From: Octopus sinensis
Lineage: Eukaryota
NCBI RefSeq assembly: GCF_006345805.1
Contig: NC_043014.1
Coordinates: forward strand, 54,188,001 to 54,252,000
DNA length: 64,000 nucleotides
Direction: 5' to 3'
This document shows positions 1 to 13,669 of this stretch, one piece after another; the first letter of the stretch is position 1, and the number at the start of each line of letters is the position of its first letter. The position numbers were made by a program, and so were the translations under genes. A model generated the notes under the pieces. The model did not search any database. It was not told the DNA's origin and saw only the letters and a program-made list of their open reading frames with translations.

Positions 1-125
1 GTTGTAGAAACCTTGCCAGATCAGATTAGAGCCTGGGGCAGCCTCCTGGCTTGCCAGTCCTCAATCAAACCGTCCAACCCACACCAACATGGAAAACGGA
101 CATGAAACGACAATGATGATATGAT
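1..125 (+). mobile_element. RTE 3' UTR end, tail-to-tail with the 141-1212 copy
   Basis: Reverse complement of the 141-270 region, ending in gatgat. Confidence 0.75.
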
Positions 126-140
126 TGTGTGTGTGTGTGT

Positions 141-1212
141 ATCATCATGATCGTTTAACGTCTGTTTTCTGTGCTAGCATGGGTTGGACGGTTCAACTGG
201 GGTCTGGGAAGCCAGAAGGCTGCACCAGGCCCAGTCTGATCTGGCAGTGTTTCTACGGCTGGATGCTTTTCCTAACGCCAACCACTCCATGTGTGTAGTG
301 GGTGCTTTTTACATGCCACCGGCACAGGTGCCAGACAAGGCTGGCAAATGGCCACAATCGGATGGTGCTTTTTACGTGCCACCGGCACGGAGACCACTCA
401 GGGCGGTGCTGGCTAAGGCCATGTTCAGATGGTTCTCTTACATACCACCGGCACTGGTATCACAGCTACAAATTCCATTGATGTTGATCGATTTCGATTT
501 TCACTTGCCTCAACAGGTCTTCACAAGTAGAGTTTTGTGTCCCAAGAAGGAAAGGTATGCATAAGTGGACTGGCTATATCCCAGGTAGAGGCCACTGGTT
601 ATGGCCTCACTTGTCCTACCGGGTCTTCTCATGCACAGCATACTTCCAAAGGTCTTGGTCTCTAGTCATTTCCTCGGGGAGACCTAAAGTTCAAAGGTCG
701 TGCTTCACCACCTCATCCCAAGTTTTCCCGAGTCTACCTCTTCCACAGGTTCCCTCAACCGCTAATGTCTGGCACTTTTTCACACAACTATCTTCATCCA
801 TTCTCACCACATGACCATACCAGCGCAAACATCTCTCTTGCACACCACAACTGATGCTTCTTAGATCCAACTTTTCTCTCAAGGTAATTACACTCTGTCG
901 AGTATGAACACTGACATTACACATCCATCGGAGCATACTGGCTTCATTTCTTGCGAGCTTACACATATCCTCAGCAGTCACAGCCCATGTTTCACTGCCA
1001 TGTAGCATAGCTGTTTGTACACATGCGTCATACAGTCTACCTTTTACTCTGAGCGAGAGGCCCTTTGTCACCAGCAGAGGTAAGAGCTCTCTGAACTTTG
1101 CCCAAGCTATTCTTACTCTAGCAGTTACACTTTCAGCACACCTGCCCCAGCTACTGACTTGGTCACCTAGGTAACGGAAGCTATCAACTTTATCTAGTTT
1201 TTCTCCCTGGAA
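141..1212 (-). mobile_element. 5'-truncated RTE-clade LINE (ORF2 C-terminus, 3' UTR and (GAT)n tail)
   Basis: The minus-strand translation has VDSFRYLG, LHGSETW, MLRWMCNV, LRWYGHVVRM and GRGR..KTWDEVV, typical of the RTE ORF2 C-terminus. The 3' UTR is shared with other copies in the window. Confidence 0.9.
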
Positions 1213-1214
1213 TG

Positions 1215-1246
<32 letters not shown>

Positions 1247-4194
1247 AGAGATAGAAAGAGAGAGCTAACATCTAGAAACCATCTTGACTGTCTCAGATCT
1301 CGTATTCTTCTCCTGCTACCTGATGAGATGGGTGCCTCTACACACCCACAAAACTTTAAGTCAGACAGTCAAACTGCTATTTAAAAATATATGTGACTCT
1401 TACCAAATAAGTTGAATGCCATTTTTGTTTGTTTATTTATTTAAACACACACACACACACACAGATCTATGATCAACTGATTGGAGTTTTGCTGAGCTGG
1501 AGCAGCTAAATAATAACAACATTTAAGTTGTTTGCATTCTTGTTGGAGGAGGAAGAAGTTGACATTTTTGTGTGGAAAGTTGTCTGAGTTGTAAAGAATA
1601 TTATATCTTCTTAGCACTGCTATTTTATCTGCTCCCCACCCCAACCACCAAAAAAAAAAAAGAAGAACCCCAGTGAAGCTGTGTCCAGTAATTATTCAGA
1701 AGAAACTCACCCTTGCTTCATTTTATTAGCTTCAACAACAATTCCTCCTTCAGATTTTCCCTGCTTGCTTTGCTTTCAGCGACACCATTTAACATTTTAT
1801 ATGATTAATGATGTCAGATATGAAATGTAACATTGCAATATCCCGGTGAGCGTATCTCCATCTTGATATCACATAACAATATATCTTGTCTTATCAATGT
1901 CTGGTTTTATATAGGGTTACAGATATAAAATGGATATAAATTTTGAACTTGTCTTATCATAATTTCTCTGACATTTGTTCTGTGTATCACAACCGGAATT
2001 ATGACAAAGTAGGTAGTGAAACCCTTTGACTGGATGCAGACTACAAGAGGATGAACCCAACATTAACAGTGATACCTCAAACGGTACACACCAAAGATGA
2101 CTGGCATTCTCTCAGTTATGATGACCAGTGTTCCATATGATCCAATCAATGGAACAGCTTGCTTGTACACGTGGCCGAGTACTCTACACACGTGTACCCT
2201 TAACATAGGTCTCAGGGAGATTCAGCCTGACACAGAATGCAACAAGGTTGGCCCCCAATGAATTACAGGTACAATTCGATTTTCCCAGCTGAGTGGACTG
2301 AGGCAGTGGAATAAAATGTTTCTTGCTCAAGGCCCCCACCAGGAATCAAACTCACCACCCCGCCATGCACCCTTCACACACAAACACAAAATATAAACGT
2401 TAGGTTAGTGACACATCAAATTGAAGAATCGATCGATCGATATTTTTCAGCAGAGTCGCATTTATCTCTTTTATTTTTACAAGCAAAGGGTTGGCAATTG
2501 TTTTGCAATCTAAGCTGCCTAACCTTCATTCGACTGTCTGATAGAAGTTGCATAGCTGAAACTTTGAAGTTACTGTCAACCTTTTCGTTATAAAACTACA
2601 AAATGATTTCTTAGTGACATATTGCCTGTCAACATTGGACGACGTTAAAACTGTTGACATGGTGTATAGCATGGTGTATCATACATCTTGTTGCCATGGT
2701 ATCATGGCATATCATTTTATCATGTGATACAGTATTACATAATACAGCATCATAACACATCTTGTAATATGATAATGATATCACAAAAAAAGATTTTTCA
2801 GTTTTATTCTTCGTCTGATAATTATATTTTTTTTATTAATGGTTTTGGTTTATTAATTAGAATCCGTTCAATGATTGGATTATCTGGAGAATATCCTTTG
2901 ATCCAGAACCGTTAGAATGCCAAGGCAAAATAAAATCTCTTGTGGCATTTTGTTTGTCTTCCCGTTCTGAGTTCAAATTCTACCAAGGTTCACTTTACCT
3001 TTCAGGGTCAATAAAATAAGTACCAGTTACACACTGGGGGGGGGGGGGTCAATGTAATCAACTTACCCCTTCCCTCCCCAAACTTGCTGGCCTTGTGCCA
3101 AAATTTGAAACTAATATCATCGGTTCCAGGTTTTGTTTTGTTTGTGTTTTGTATTAGGTGAGGGGGGGGGGGTTATTTTAAAATTTTTGTTTTGTTTTAA
3201 TCACTCCATAATGTGGTTAGTATAAAAAAAGAGGTAAGTTCTTACTTGACCAGCTGAGACTACAATACAGTTTCAATTCCCAGCCGAGGACAGTTCAGTT
3301 CACTATGTTTATATTGTCCATGGGGTAAAAAAAAGAAAAAAACACTTCAACACTTCTCTTACGCAGCCCTCTTCCTTCAAGACTTAATAACAGATATTTG
3401 TCTGTCTGTCTCTGATATTAAAAGAAGTCTGCATTCTAACAATGGCAGCAGTAAACAAAAAACAATAAAAAAAACGTATTTTTGACTGTTGTTGTTGTTA
3501 TAGTAATGTTTTGACTCCGAGTATAATTGCTGAGGGGCAAGATTGGAAGCAGTTAAGCAGAGAGATTGGGAAACCTGAAGGAGATAATTACTGACCAGCT
3601 AATTACCAGATTCTGGTGGCAGAGCTGGATAAAAGTTATGCATTACCAGTGTCACACCTGTAGACGTTAGGGTATATTAGGATCTAGAGAAGAAGGGTTA
3701 GGGTTAGGGTTCAGGATTTAAACAGGAAACAGATTTCAAATAAGACAATGCATCTGTTTTAGCTCCAGGGTAACTCTATCATCAAAACTATTGTTTGTAA
3801 CAATCCTTCCTATTTTTAGATATTGTGTACCTAGGACTACATTATCTAATGTTTCCTTTCATCTTTTAATAAAGTAGTGTATGGTTTGAGGGAGATTTAG
3901 CTGCTGTTTCTTGCAAATCAATTAAGAGATTCCCTTGGTGACTCGTTTTATATGAGTATTCAATACAGGTTTTAAAATTGTAGCCTTTCTTAAAAGTATT
4001 TCCTAAATACCAACCCACATGGTGCCAGGACTTCTGGGACTTTCCCAAAATTGTGGCTACGGTGTTGCCTTTGATATGCTTTCTTTACAATTTGTTTTCG
4101 TTAATCTGTTCAGTCAGTGTTTGACATTCTTGAAAAATAATAAATATAATTACTGTAGCCATTTTCATATCATGCTATATATACACCTTTGATG

Positions 4195-4431
4195 GGCCAA
4201 TTACTGTGGTGAGATAACACTTGTCCTGAGATAACATATTTTATAGTTGTGCTGTTAAAAACACAGAAAATATCAGAGGAAGATGAAAATTTGTCCCAAA
4301 AGTGGCCAAAATGCATCTGGTGTCCTCACTGGCCATTGCTGGAATGGATTTTCGTCTCCCTCTCATATTTGTTGTTTTTAATATAACCCATAACTGATGT
4401 TATCTCAGGACAAATGCTACAGTAACTGGCC
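4195..4431. repeat. Foldback/MITE-like imperfect palindrome
   Basis: Outer arms ggccaattactgt..ttgtcctgagataacat versus atgttatctcaggacaa..acagtaactggcc, plus inner complementary arms. Confidence 0.75.
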
Positions 4432-6032
4432 TACCAACAGTGTATGTATTCATTAAATATGATAGAGAGGTGGCTATTTTAATTTAATACTGCTTCAGTT
4501 GCATATACCAAATAATTTACTGTGTTAAGCTACCCTTTATCTACCCAAATATGTCCAGTAATATTCTCCAGACTATCTTGACTGGATCCATCCAAACATT
4601 GGATCTAAAGAGACTTGTATTTCTTCATTAAAATCTTTCGAGTCCAGCTTTCTAACCCTTTTGATGCTCTTCGAAAACCTCTGTTTAACTTTTGAACTCC
4701 TTCCTATTCCATGTAAATAAATAAATGCTTTCTAACCCCTTTCTGTGGCTTCACTAACTAAACCTGCTAACTTTCCATTCTTCTGCTCACATCACAATCA
4801 TCTGAACACCCAAGTGTGGCTGGTTCAGTCCGTGTAGGGGCTGTGGGTTATCCATTGTGATCCGATGGGTTTCTGGTGTGTATCTGTGAGGAACTCTGAA
4901 CTAATATTAATTCATAAAGAATGAACTAAGAAACAACTTTTGAGTTTTCTCTTGGAGGAAATGCTGCTGCTGCTGCTGTTATGTGGATGAAGATTCAAAC
5001 ATTCCAAAGTAAAAACAAACAAGAGAGAAAATCCCACCTGCAACAAAGATACCACCAGGTGGCAGTAGTATGACTGGATGGTTAAGAGGTTTGGTTTGAA
5101 AACCTCCAATTCTTGGCTCAGTCTCACTGCCGTCACCGTGGGCAAGTGTTCTTCTATCATGGCCATGGGTTGACCAGTGCCTTGGGAGTAGAATTTGGTG
5201 ACAGAAATTGTGAAAAGCCTTCCACATATGCATGTGTTCTATCTTCTGGCAATTTATAAAAACAAAATGTGTAAATGTTGGCAAGAAAATCAATAAACTG
5301 GTGCTTTTGAACAAAAGTACCTTGTGGTATTTGTTGAGTTACACAGTTACTCCATTGTCACTCTCTTACCATTGGAAATGGAGTAAACCAATGGCCTCTT
5401 GGAAACCTCTGACCAATGATGCTATTGGTCGACAAATGGGCTATAAAATATAGAATCCAAAATTGTTGATTGCTGTAATAAATCTCATCACAAAGTAGGC
5501 CTTGAAGGATTAATTTCTCCCTAATCTTAAAACAGATGAGCTGCAGAATGTTAGGTCTTACGGTTGAGGTTAACTCATATAAAGGGTTAATAACTTACCT
5601 GAAAGAAGCGGAACAAAACCCTTCTCTCCAAGATCCAGTTCCTGATGTTGTTCCACCTTAGGTTGCATCTGGTGGAGCAGACATATAATTGAAGGTTTTC
5701 CACTCATGATCATTCTGCCTTTTTAGATATAGCTTATTTTGGACCACATTAATCATCCAATATACCCCTCACATTTCGTTGGGGTTTTTTTAAATAATAG
5801 TTTGACTTAGAATAAAGAAATAAAAGATATATTTTAAGAAACGTTCACTTTTACAGCATCTAAAAATTCTCGATGGCTTTCAGAATGTATCATAAAAATT
5901 CTGTAAAATACGGAATAAAATACATTTTCCCTTTTCAGTTTCAGCCCTGAACTCTTTGTCCACCTCTGACCTGTCTAACCCCTTTTTATTTTGCTTCTCC
6001 TCTAACCTACTAACCACCTCTTCCCTTTCCAG

Positions 6033-6826
6033 GTATCTACACTTCATCCATTCGCAATATTTCTAATATCTACGCTACAGGATTCTCGCCTGCAAACTGG
6101 ACTTTCAATATCTGGTATGCCGTCTACGTATGGATGGCTGCCTGGCTTCTCTTCTGTGTGTCTACAATCTGTACTGTGAGCGGCGATAGTTACCTTTACC
6201 TTGAACCCGATGTGTTTCCCTCTAAGTTCTATCTGATCTTTGCCATCACCCTCTGCCTCAACATCAGCTGGTTCATCCTTTACGACCGATCCTTCTTCAT
6301 TGCTAGCTTCTTCGTGGCACTCACCATGACCGTCTTCTCTTTCACCACCCTTGGCATATCGATCTACTATCTCTACCTCTACGGGGACACACTAATTAAG
6401 AGCAGCTTTGGCACTCAGGCCTGTCTCATCCAGCTGCTCGTCCATAACGGCATTGCCTTCTTTGGCACCTGGGTCGCCTTGTTGATGCACATGAACCTGG
6501 ACATAGCCCTATACTACAGATGGGAGGTGAGCCGTTACATCAGCGACCTGGTTCCGCTCTGCATCCTGGTTGTTCTCATAGTCACCTGGTTCACCTTGGA
6601 CATAGCCATCCTCGACACCTTCACCCGGTATCTGCTCAGCCCTTACATCATGTTGGTGATTGTCTTCTCCGGGGTCGTTCATAAACAAGTTGATGTCAAC
6701 AGCATCGACAGAATTGGGATTGTTGTTCTGGTGATGCTAATTCTTAGTTCTGTGACTTTGGTGACCAAATTCCTTTTCATGATCTGGAGGCATTTCAATG
6801 GCCCACAGACTAGTCTCGCTGTGTAA
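6033..6826 (+). CDS. G1: terminal coding exon of a multi-pass membrane protein, TspO/MBR-related family (first exon not found)
   Basis: A TACTAAC branch point (6008-6014), pyrimidine tract and ttccag|GT ATC TAC give a phase-1 acceptor. The frame is open from GIYTSSIRNIS...SPANWTFNIWYAVYVW to TAA at 6824-6826. It has 7 hydrophobic segments and aligns almost without gaps to G2-G4. AATAAA occurs at 7501 and 7512. Confidence 0.9.
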
Positions 6827-6990
6827 AATCTCATGACTACTGAAACATGGAAAATACAATTTAAAACTGAAAAAGGACAATCATTCACTTATTAAGGTTT
6901 CAAAAAAAATTGTGAAATTCTATCTATATTTTTACTGAATTCCATTAATTTTTCCTATTATTATTATTATTATTATCATTATTATTATTA

Positions 6991-7443
6991 AGGTGGTGAA
7001 CTGGCAGAAACCATTAGCACGCTGGACAAAATGCTTAGCAGTATTTCGTTCATTGCTGTGTTCTGAGTTCAAATTCCAGCGAGGTCGACTTTGCCTTTTC
7101 ATCCTTTCGGGGTTGATAAAATAAGAGCCAGTTGAACACTGGTGTCAATGGAACTGACTTACCCCCCACCTTCCCCAAGTGCCCTTGTGGCAAAAATTTG
7201 AAATAATAATAATTATTATAATTATAATTAAGCTGGCAGAATTGTTAACATGTCAGACAAAAAATGCTGAGCAACATTTCTTCCAGGTCTTTACATTCCA
7301 AATTCAAATTCCACCAAAGTCGACTTTGCCTTTTTATTTTCCTTACAGAGTCAATAAAATATGTACCAGTTTTCTACTGGGGTTGATGTAATTGATTTAC
7401 CCCACCTCCCCCAATATTGCTGTACTTCTACCAAAATTTGAAA
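6991..7443 (+). mobile_element. Two tandem SINE family B copies with (ATT/AAT)n tails in the G1 3' region
   Basis: Two consecutive family B bodies at 6991-7205 and 7231-7443. Confidence 0.8.
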
Positions 7444-10400
7444 CAGTTATTATTGTTATTATTATTATTATTAATGCTGTTTTATTAATTTTTTTTAGTA
7501 AATAAATATAAAATAAACTTCCCAAATCTTGAACTTGTGTATTTTTGTGACAAATTAGTTATTATTGAAGTGGGTGCTTTTAATGTTGTTGCAGTTGTCT
7601 GCTATAAATTAAGGTTTTTATGCTATTGGGACAACAAGATTCTGTGTGTGTGTGTGTACGTACATATAATGTTACTGATTAGATGTTGTTGTTGATGTTG
7701 TGCATGTTGGACTGCTGTTTTCTTCTCTGCTTCTGTGGTGTTGGCATTGTTCTATGCATGTTTCTTCAGTAGTTGTGTTATATACATGCATGTATGCATG
7801 CACACATGCTCGCATATACATGTGTGGACTTTCTTTTTTCTAATCTACTCTGCAAACTACACTTTGGATTGTTCAACAGTTTGATTTGTGCAGTTCGGGC
7901 AGCCTTGATGAAAGGCATTTAACAAATGAGGAGCTGTGTTACCTCTTGAGAGTAGAGGTAGCTTTGAGGAATATGTCAGCTGAAATAAAGAAACATTTTG
8001 AGGAGCAAAGATGGCTAGGAAATTTATATAAAAAAAAGAGAAAATGCTTTAAGAATTTTATGAATAAAAAGAAAATATTTTTACAATTTAATCTAAATAT
8101 GCTACCGGTTTCAATACTTTTAAACCAATTTAGTCATGCTGTAAGAGAAAAAGAAATTACTATTTCATATATTCGGGAAGTCCACTTGTTTTTCTTAGAA
8201 AATTCTCATGGTACTGGTTGTTGTCTCCTTCTGATGGCTGCTGGATTGTAATATATATATATATATAAAGCTATAAAGTGACTCAAATGTTGAGTGTCAT
8301 GCATGGCATTTATGATCAGTGTAATGTATGAAAACCTCAGCCCTTGAGTCAGTTAACCCCAGGTCAATCTAAGCCACATGATTTGCTAGATGGAAAGTGA
8401 AAGAAAGCCATTGAATGTGGGTGTGTCTGCTTGTCTTGATGTCATGTGATAACTGTAAATGAGCCTCACCAGCATACAAGTCAGGTTGTTTGTTTCAATT
8501 CTTCCATAGAAATTTGTTCAGTGAATGGGAAATATTGCCATGCTTGGAAATAGGTGAGAGTTGGCAACAGGAAGGACATTTTGCCACTGAAAATCTGCTT
8601 CAACAAATTCCTTTCACCCCATGCACGCTTAGAAAAGGGACATTAAAATCATTATATATATATATGTATGTGTGTATATATATATATATAGATATGTAAT
8701 CGTAAGATCTAGGTATCTAGGTGTAGGAAGTGAGTAAGCTTCAAGCAGTCCGTGGTAGGTATAAAAAAATACAACTTTCAGAAATAATAATAGTTTAATG
8801 ACATGGAAGGTTGTAGGTTTTTTTCATATCAAAGTTCAATAAGCTGAAAAAAGTGTCTTTATAGTTTCCAGCAAGTAGGATTGCCATGAATGCAAATGAA
8901 AATCCAAATTGTGGCAATGAAGCAGGTAAAATCCTGACTACATATGTTTCCTGGCTAGCAGATCCTCGAAAGTAATAATTACTCAATAAGAGGGACTCCA
9001 CTAACGACTTTTAAATTATATCTCTGGCGAGTTAACTTGGGATTCCTTAATGACAATGTAATCTCCATTTAACTAAGGTATCTTCAGCCTGATGAGTAGC
9101 TAGTGGAGGACCCCCTCATTGAGTAATCATTACTTCCAAGGGTCTACTAGCTGGGAAACACATGTAGCCTTTTTTGTTTTTTACCTGCTCCATTCCCTCT
9201 ATTTGGATATAGATATATATATATATATTCTCTGATGAAGGGGGTTCTGCCTGAAATGCTTAACATTTCCCCCTTATTACAGAAAACCAGTTGATTCCTT
9301 TTTAAGAACTGTTTGGATTCACTAACTGCAAACACTGATCCTCGCTAGTTTCCTTGGACCCAAACATTTACTTCAGAATCCTCATATATTCCTGTAATGA
9401 ACAGGGTTGAAAAAGAATTGGTTTGGCTAGAAAACCCTGAACATCTAAGATTTCCTGCCTATTTAATAAAATTCTGTTGGTATTATGTATGTTTTCTGGT
9501 GGTGGGGTTTAACCCCGCACATCAACGCTGACCAAGCAGATCTATGATCAAAAGCATTCCAATCATGATGACCATCCCATCGTGTTTTTAAGATGGTACA
9601 GTGCTGTTTGAGGAAGAAGCTCAAGGGGTTTCTTTTTTCCCCTTTAAGAGAAATTTGACAAATTGAGCAAATCTCTCTCAGTCCTTTAACTTAAAGTCTG
9701 TCCAAGATGGAATGAAAGAGGAATAAACTTATAGAAAGGTCGGTGGGGGTGAGGCTCTGAATAATTAGCCTAACGAGGGGATGGGAGATTGTGTAAAGTG
9801 GCTTGTGTTATTAGTAGATAGTCTGATAGTTGCTCTAATTGCATACAACCTGTTTCAAAATAAAATTAGTAGAAGACCAGAGAGTCTTAAGTTTTACAGC
9901 ATCTTAGTGGCCACCACTTCAAAATCAGCAAATGATGATGATGGAGATATTGTAATCATATCTTAAAGATTTCATTGGCCATATTAGTTGGTGCCAGGAA
10001 ATTGAAAATGGTAACAGTTGTTGTTTAGCCCTGGGTCAATCCTGATTGAGGAAACCTATAACCAAAGACATTCCTGTCAGTTTCATCTTGATTATAACAA
10101 ACCAAGGGTCACATGATTCAACATGTATTTCTTTAGATTGGAACTTGAGGGAAATTTGGTTGCTATTTCTGGCAGGTTCACTCGTTGACTTGGATTCACT
10201 GAGTGAAAGATGTGATTTTTATCTTTTTCAAGTGGTTGTCCATTTTTAATATTAATAAAAATATTAGAAAATAAATTCAAAGATGGTAGACCCAGGGTGG
10301 TTAGAAATAGTAAGAGGTCAAGGGGTGTTTATGATAGCTATCATCATCATTTAACATCCAATTTTCCACGTTTGCATGGGTTAGACAAAATTTGTTGAGA

Positions 10401-10739
10401 CAGATTTTCTATGGCCAGATGCCCCCCTCCTGTTGTCAATCCTCACCCGTTTCCAAACAAGGTCATATTTCCCCATGACCAGATAGGTTCGTTGTGGAAC
10501 GTTCAAAATGAACAGCCTCACTTGTATGATGATGATGCTCATTTATAACTATCATGTGATGTCAGGACAACGGTACAAATCCCCACACACAATGGGCATC
10601 TTACAGTGTCTGTCTACTAAAGCCTTTGGTTGGCCTGGGGCTACAGAAAAAGGCACTTGCCCAAGGTGCTGCACAGTGTGCCCATTGAACCCGAGACCAC
10701 AGGGGTGGAAAGCAAGCTTCTTAACCACACAGCTATGTC

Positions 10740-10945
10740 TCATCATCATCGTTTAACAGCCTTTTTCTATGCTGGCATGGGTTGGACGGTTTGACTGAGG
10801 TCTGGAGAGTCAGCGGCTGCACCAGGCTCCAATCTGATCTGGCAATGTTTCTACAGCTGCATGCCCTTCCTAATGCCAACCACTCTGAGAGTGTAATGGG
10901 TGCTTTTTATGTGCCACTGGCACAGGAGCCAGTCAGGAGGGCCTG
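10740..10945 (-). mobile_element. RTE 3' UTR fragment
   Basis: catcatcatcgtttaac...ctgcatgcccttcctaatgccaacc matches the 3' UTR of the 141-1212 element. Confidence 0.8.
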
Positions 10946-12330
10946 TCATCGATCACATCCCTAATAAATCTTAAATTTAAATCCGTTACAAAACATTTGA
11001 TCCACACCCTTAATCCTATGTCCTTCAATTCATCTAGCTGTTGGGAGCAGAAATTGGGTCCCCAAGGAAGTGTTTCATAAGAAAGACTGGCACTAGTCCT
11101 TTTATGGTTGTTTGTCCTGTTAGAAACAGTAGCCAAATCATCCTGAAATGGCATCCTACCATAAAAAAGAAAGAAAGACACATTGGATAATGGAGTCTTG
11201 TAGGAATAAGCAGCGGAGAGTAGGAACATCTTTGACCATGGAGTTACTCCACCAGGGCTGACCAGGGGTTATACAACAGCTACCACCAGAATCTTAGGAA
11301 TTATTTATACAGGTGTGGGTATGGCTGTGTGGTTAAGAAGCTCACTTTGCAACTACCTGGTTTCAAGCTCAGTCCCACTATGTGGCACGTTGGTCAAGTG
11401 TTTTCTAGAATAAACCAGTTCCTTTTGAGTGGATCTGGTAGAGAGAAACTGTGTGGAAGCCTGCCATGGTTTATATATCCATGACTGAAACCAGTAAAAG
11501 ATAAAGAAGATACAGCAATGCATGTAAATGGCAGGTGTTGGATAAGAAAGTGTAGTGAAGGGTCAATGGAGAATTGGCTGAGAAAAGCTGAGGGGCTCTG
11601 AGAATTGAGTTTAGGGTTAGTCAGATGGACTGAGAAAGATTTAGGTTAAAATTATCGGAGGGGAGAGTTTGAGAAGTTAATGTTGGTAGTTGAATGTAAG
11701 GAGGACCGACTAAAAATGATCTGGGATGAGATGGTCAGCGTTAGGACCAAATAACTCAGAATAATAGAGAAGGTAGGAATTAGTTGAGGAAGCAAGGAGA
11801 GAATGCAGTTGGATGAGGGAGGAGGAAATTGAGAGGTCACACGATGTCAATCTAATAACAGGTAAGAATGAGTGCTGGTGAATGTTTTTCTATTGAAACC
11901 ATTCCACTGCAAAGACAGCAACAAATATTGAACCAATGGTGATGCTAATGGGTGTTAATATGGTAATTAAACTAAGGTGGCAAGCTGGCAGAATCGCTGG
12001 TTTGCCAAAATGCTTGGAGGCATTTCATCCAAGTTCAAATTCTGCTGAGGTCAACTTTGACTTTCATCCCTTTTGGGGTCGATAAAATAAGATCCAGTTC
12101 AGCATTGGCGGGGAAGGGGGTCAATGTAATTGACTTACCACCTTCCTCTGAAATTACTGGCCTTGTGCCAAAAATGGAAACCAAAATGGTAATTAAAGTA
12201 AAGTACAGGACATAATGAGAGAGAAGGGGGCAGCTGTTTGGATGTTGATGATTTGATAAAGCAGACTGGATGCTCAACCGGTTCTTGTGACAGCTAAACA
12301 CACACACATACATGTACAGAAATATATACA

Positions 12331-12663
12331 TAGGTGCAAGCATGGTTCAATCCCACTGCGTGGCACCTTGGGCAAGTGTCTTCTACTATAGCCTTGGGCC
12401 AACCAAAGTGTTGTGAGTGAATTTGATAGATGGAAACTGAAAGAAGCCCATCATATATGTGTGTGTGAGTGTGTGCCATCACAGCTTGACAACCAGTGTT
12501 GGTGTGTTTATGTCCCCATAATTTAGCAGTTCAGCAAAAGAGACTGATAGAATAGGCACCAGGCTTTTAAAAAACAAAAGAAAATATGTAGTGAAGTTGA
12601 TTCATTTGACCAAAGCATTGCCCCAGTATGGCCACAGCCTAATGACTGAAAAGAGTAAAAGAT
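12331..12663 (+). mobile_element. Older SINE family A copy
   Basis: Same modules as the young copies, more diverged, with a deleted head. Confidence 0.75.
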
Positions 12664-13026
12664 GAAAGGTGTAGAGGTAGAAGGAACATTTATATGTGTA
12701 AGCACAACTGGATGCTCACGCATAAGCAGAGAGGGAGGGAGAGAGAGAGACACCTATTGCAGTTTATTAAGGAAGGACAACTGGCAGGAACACTTGCCTG
12801 CCCCTGCTCAGAGACACAAAGAGAAATATGCTCAGAGGGAGAGAAACAGTAAGAAATGTGTCAGGTACGTCTGCGATGCCAACCAAGTGGTGCCAAAGCA
12901 TCTCAGATCCCTAGTGTAGGGGTTCAGCATGTACCCATTCTACTCTAGGCACAAGACCCGAAAATTTGGTGGGGTGGTGGTGGGGGTAGTCAATAAGATC
13001 AACCCCAATATGCCACTGGTATTTAA

Positions 13027-13248
13027 CCCTTTCATTACCAACCCAGCTGAATCCACTTCTGGCTCTGTAGTACAAATGTCTTGTTTTCATAAGTTCTGAA
13101 TTAAAAATCTCCCACCAAACCTTAGTCACAATTTATGTTCCTAACTCCAGTTTCATGATAATGAAGTTATTTTACTAAATTCTTTGTTATATTTAAAGTA
13201 ATTGAAAGAAACACATAGCATCTCAAAATAAATACAGTAACAAAAGGG
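13027..13248. mobile_element. piggyBac-type MITE, second family
   Basis: TTAA|CCCTTT...AAAAGGG|TTAA, 222 bp, the reverse of 63434-63653. Confidence 0.75.
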
Positions 13249-13669
13249 TTAATTTATCGACCCTGAAAGGATGAAAGGCAAAGTCGACCTCCACAGAATT
13301 TGAACTCAGACCGTAAGCATTTCGCCCGGTGTGCTAACGCTTCTGCTCAGCATAATGTTAGGTGAAAGAAGTGAGAGAGATGAAAATAAATATGTGGTTC
13401 ATTCGTCAGTGAATGGACTGAAAATGTGAGGTTGTAATCAAGTGAGCAAAGAGGAACTTGAGACAAAGAGTCAGGTGCTGAATGTGCAACTGATAGTTCA
13501 TTGCCAGAAGACTGAGGGGGTGGTCGTGGGTAGGCTTTGATGTACTGGTAGGGAGAAGTGGGTGCATTTCTTGGCTGTGCTCAATGGCAGTGTGACCTGG
13601 AATACGTGTTGAGGTAATTCTAGGTTGATAGCAGTTACACACACAAGCACAGGTGTGGCAGCGTGGTTT

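Noticed and set aside
184-564. 126-aa plus-strand ORF (also 16181-16399 and 10782-10964)
   Set aside because: It is an antisense reading of the RTE 3' UTR.
3695-3715. Telomeric TTAGGG repeats
   Set aside because: Only two units are present, compatible with chance.
8795-9001. Minus ORF with SFAFMAILLAGN resembling TM1
   Set aside because: It is on the wrong strand for G1-G3, downstream of G4, and has no donor.
9781-9966. ORF MGDCVKWLVLLVDSLIVALIAY as the first exon of G2
   Set aside because: It is hydrophobic but has no G|GT phase-1 donor after the helix and no similarity to G4 exon 1.
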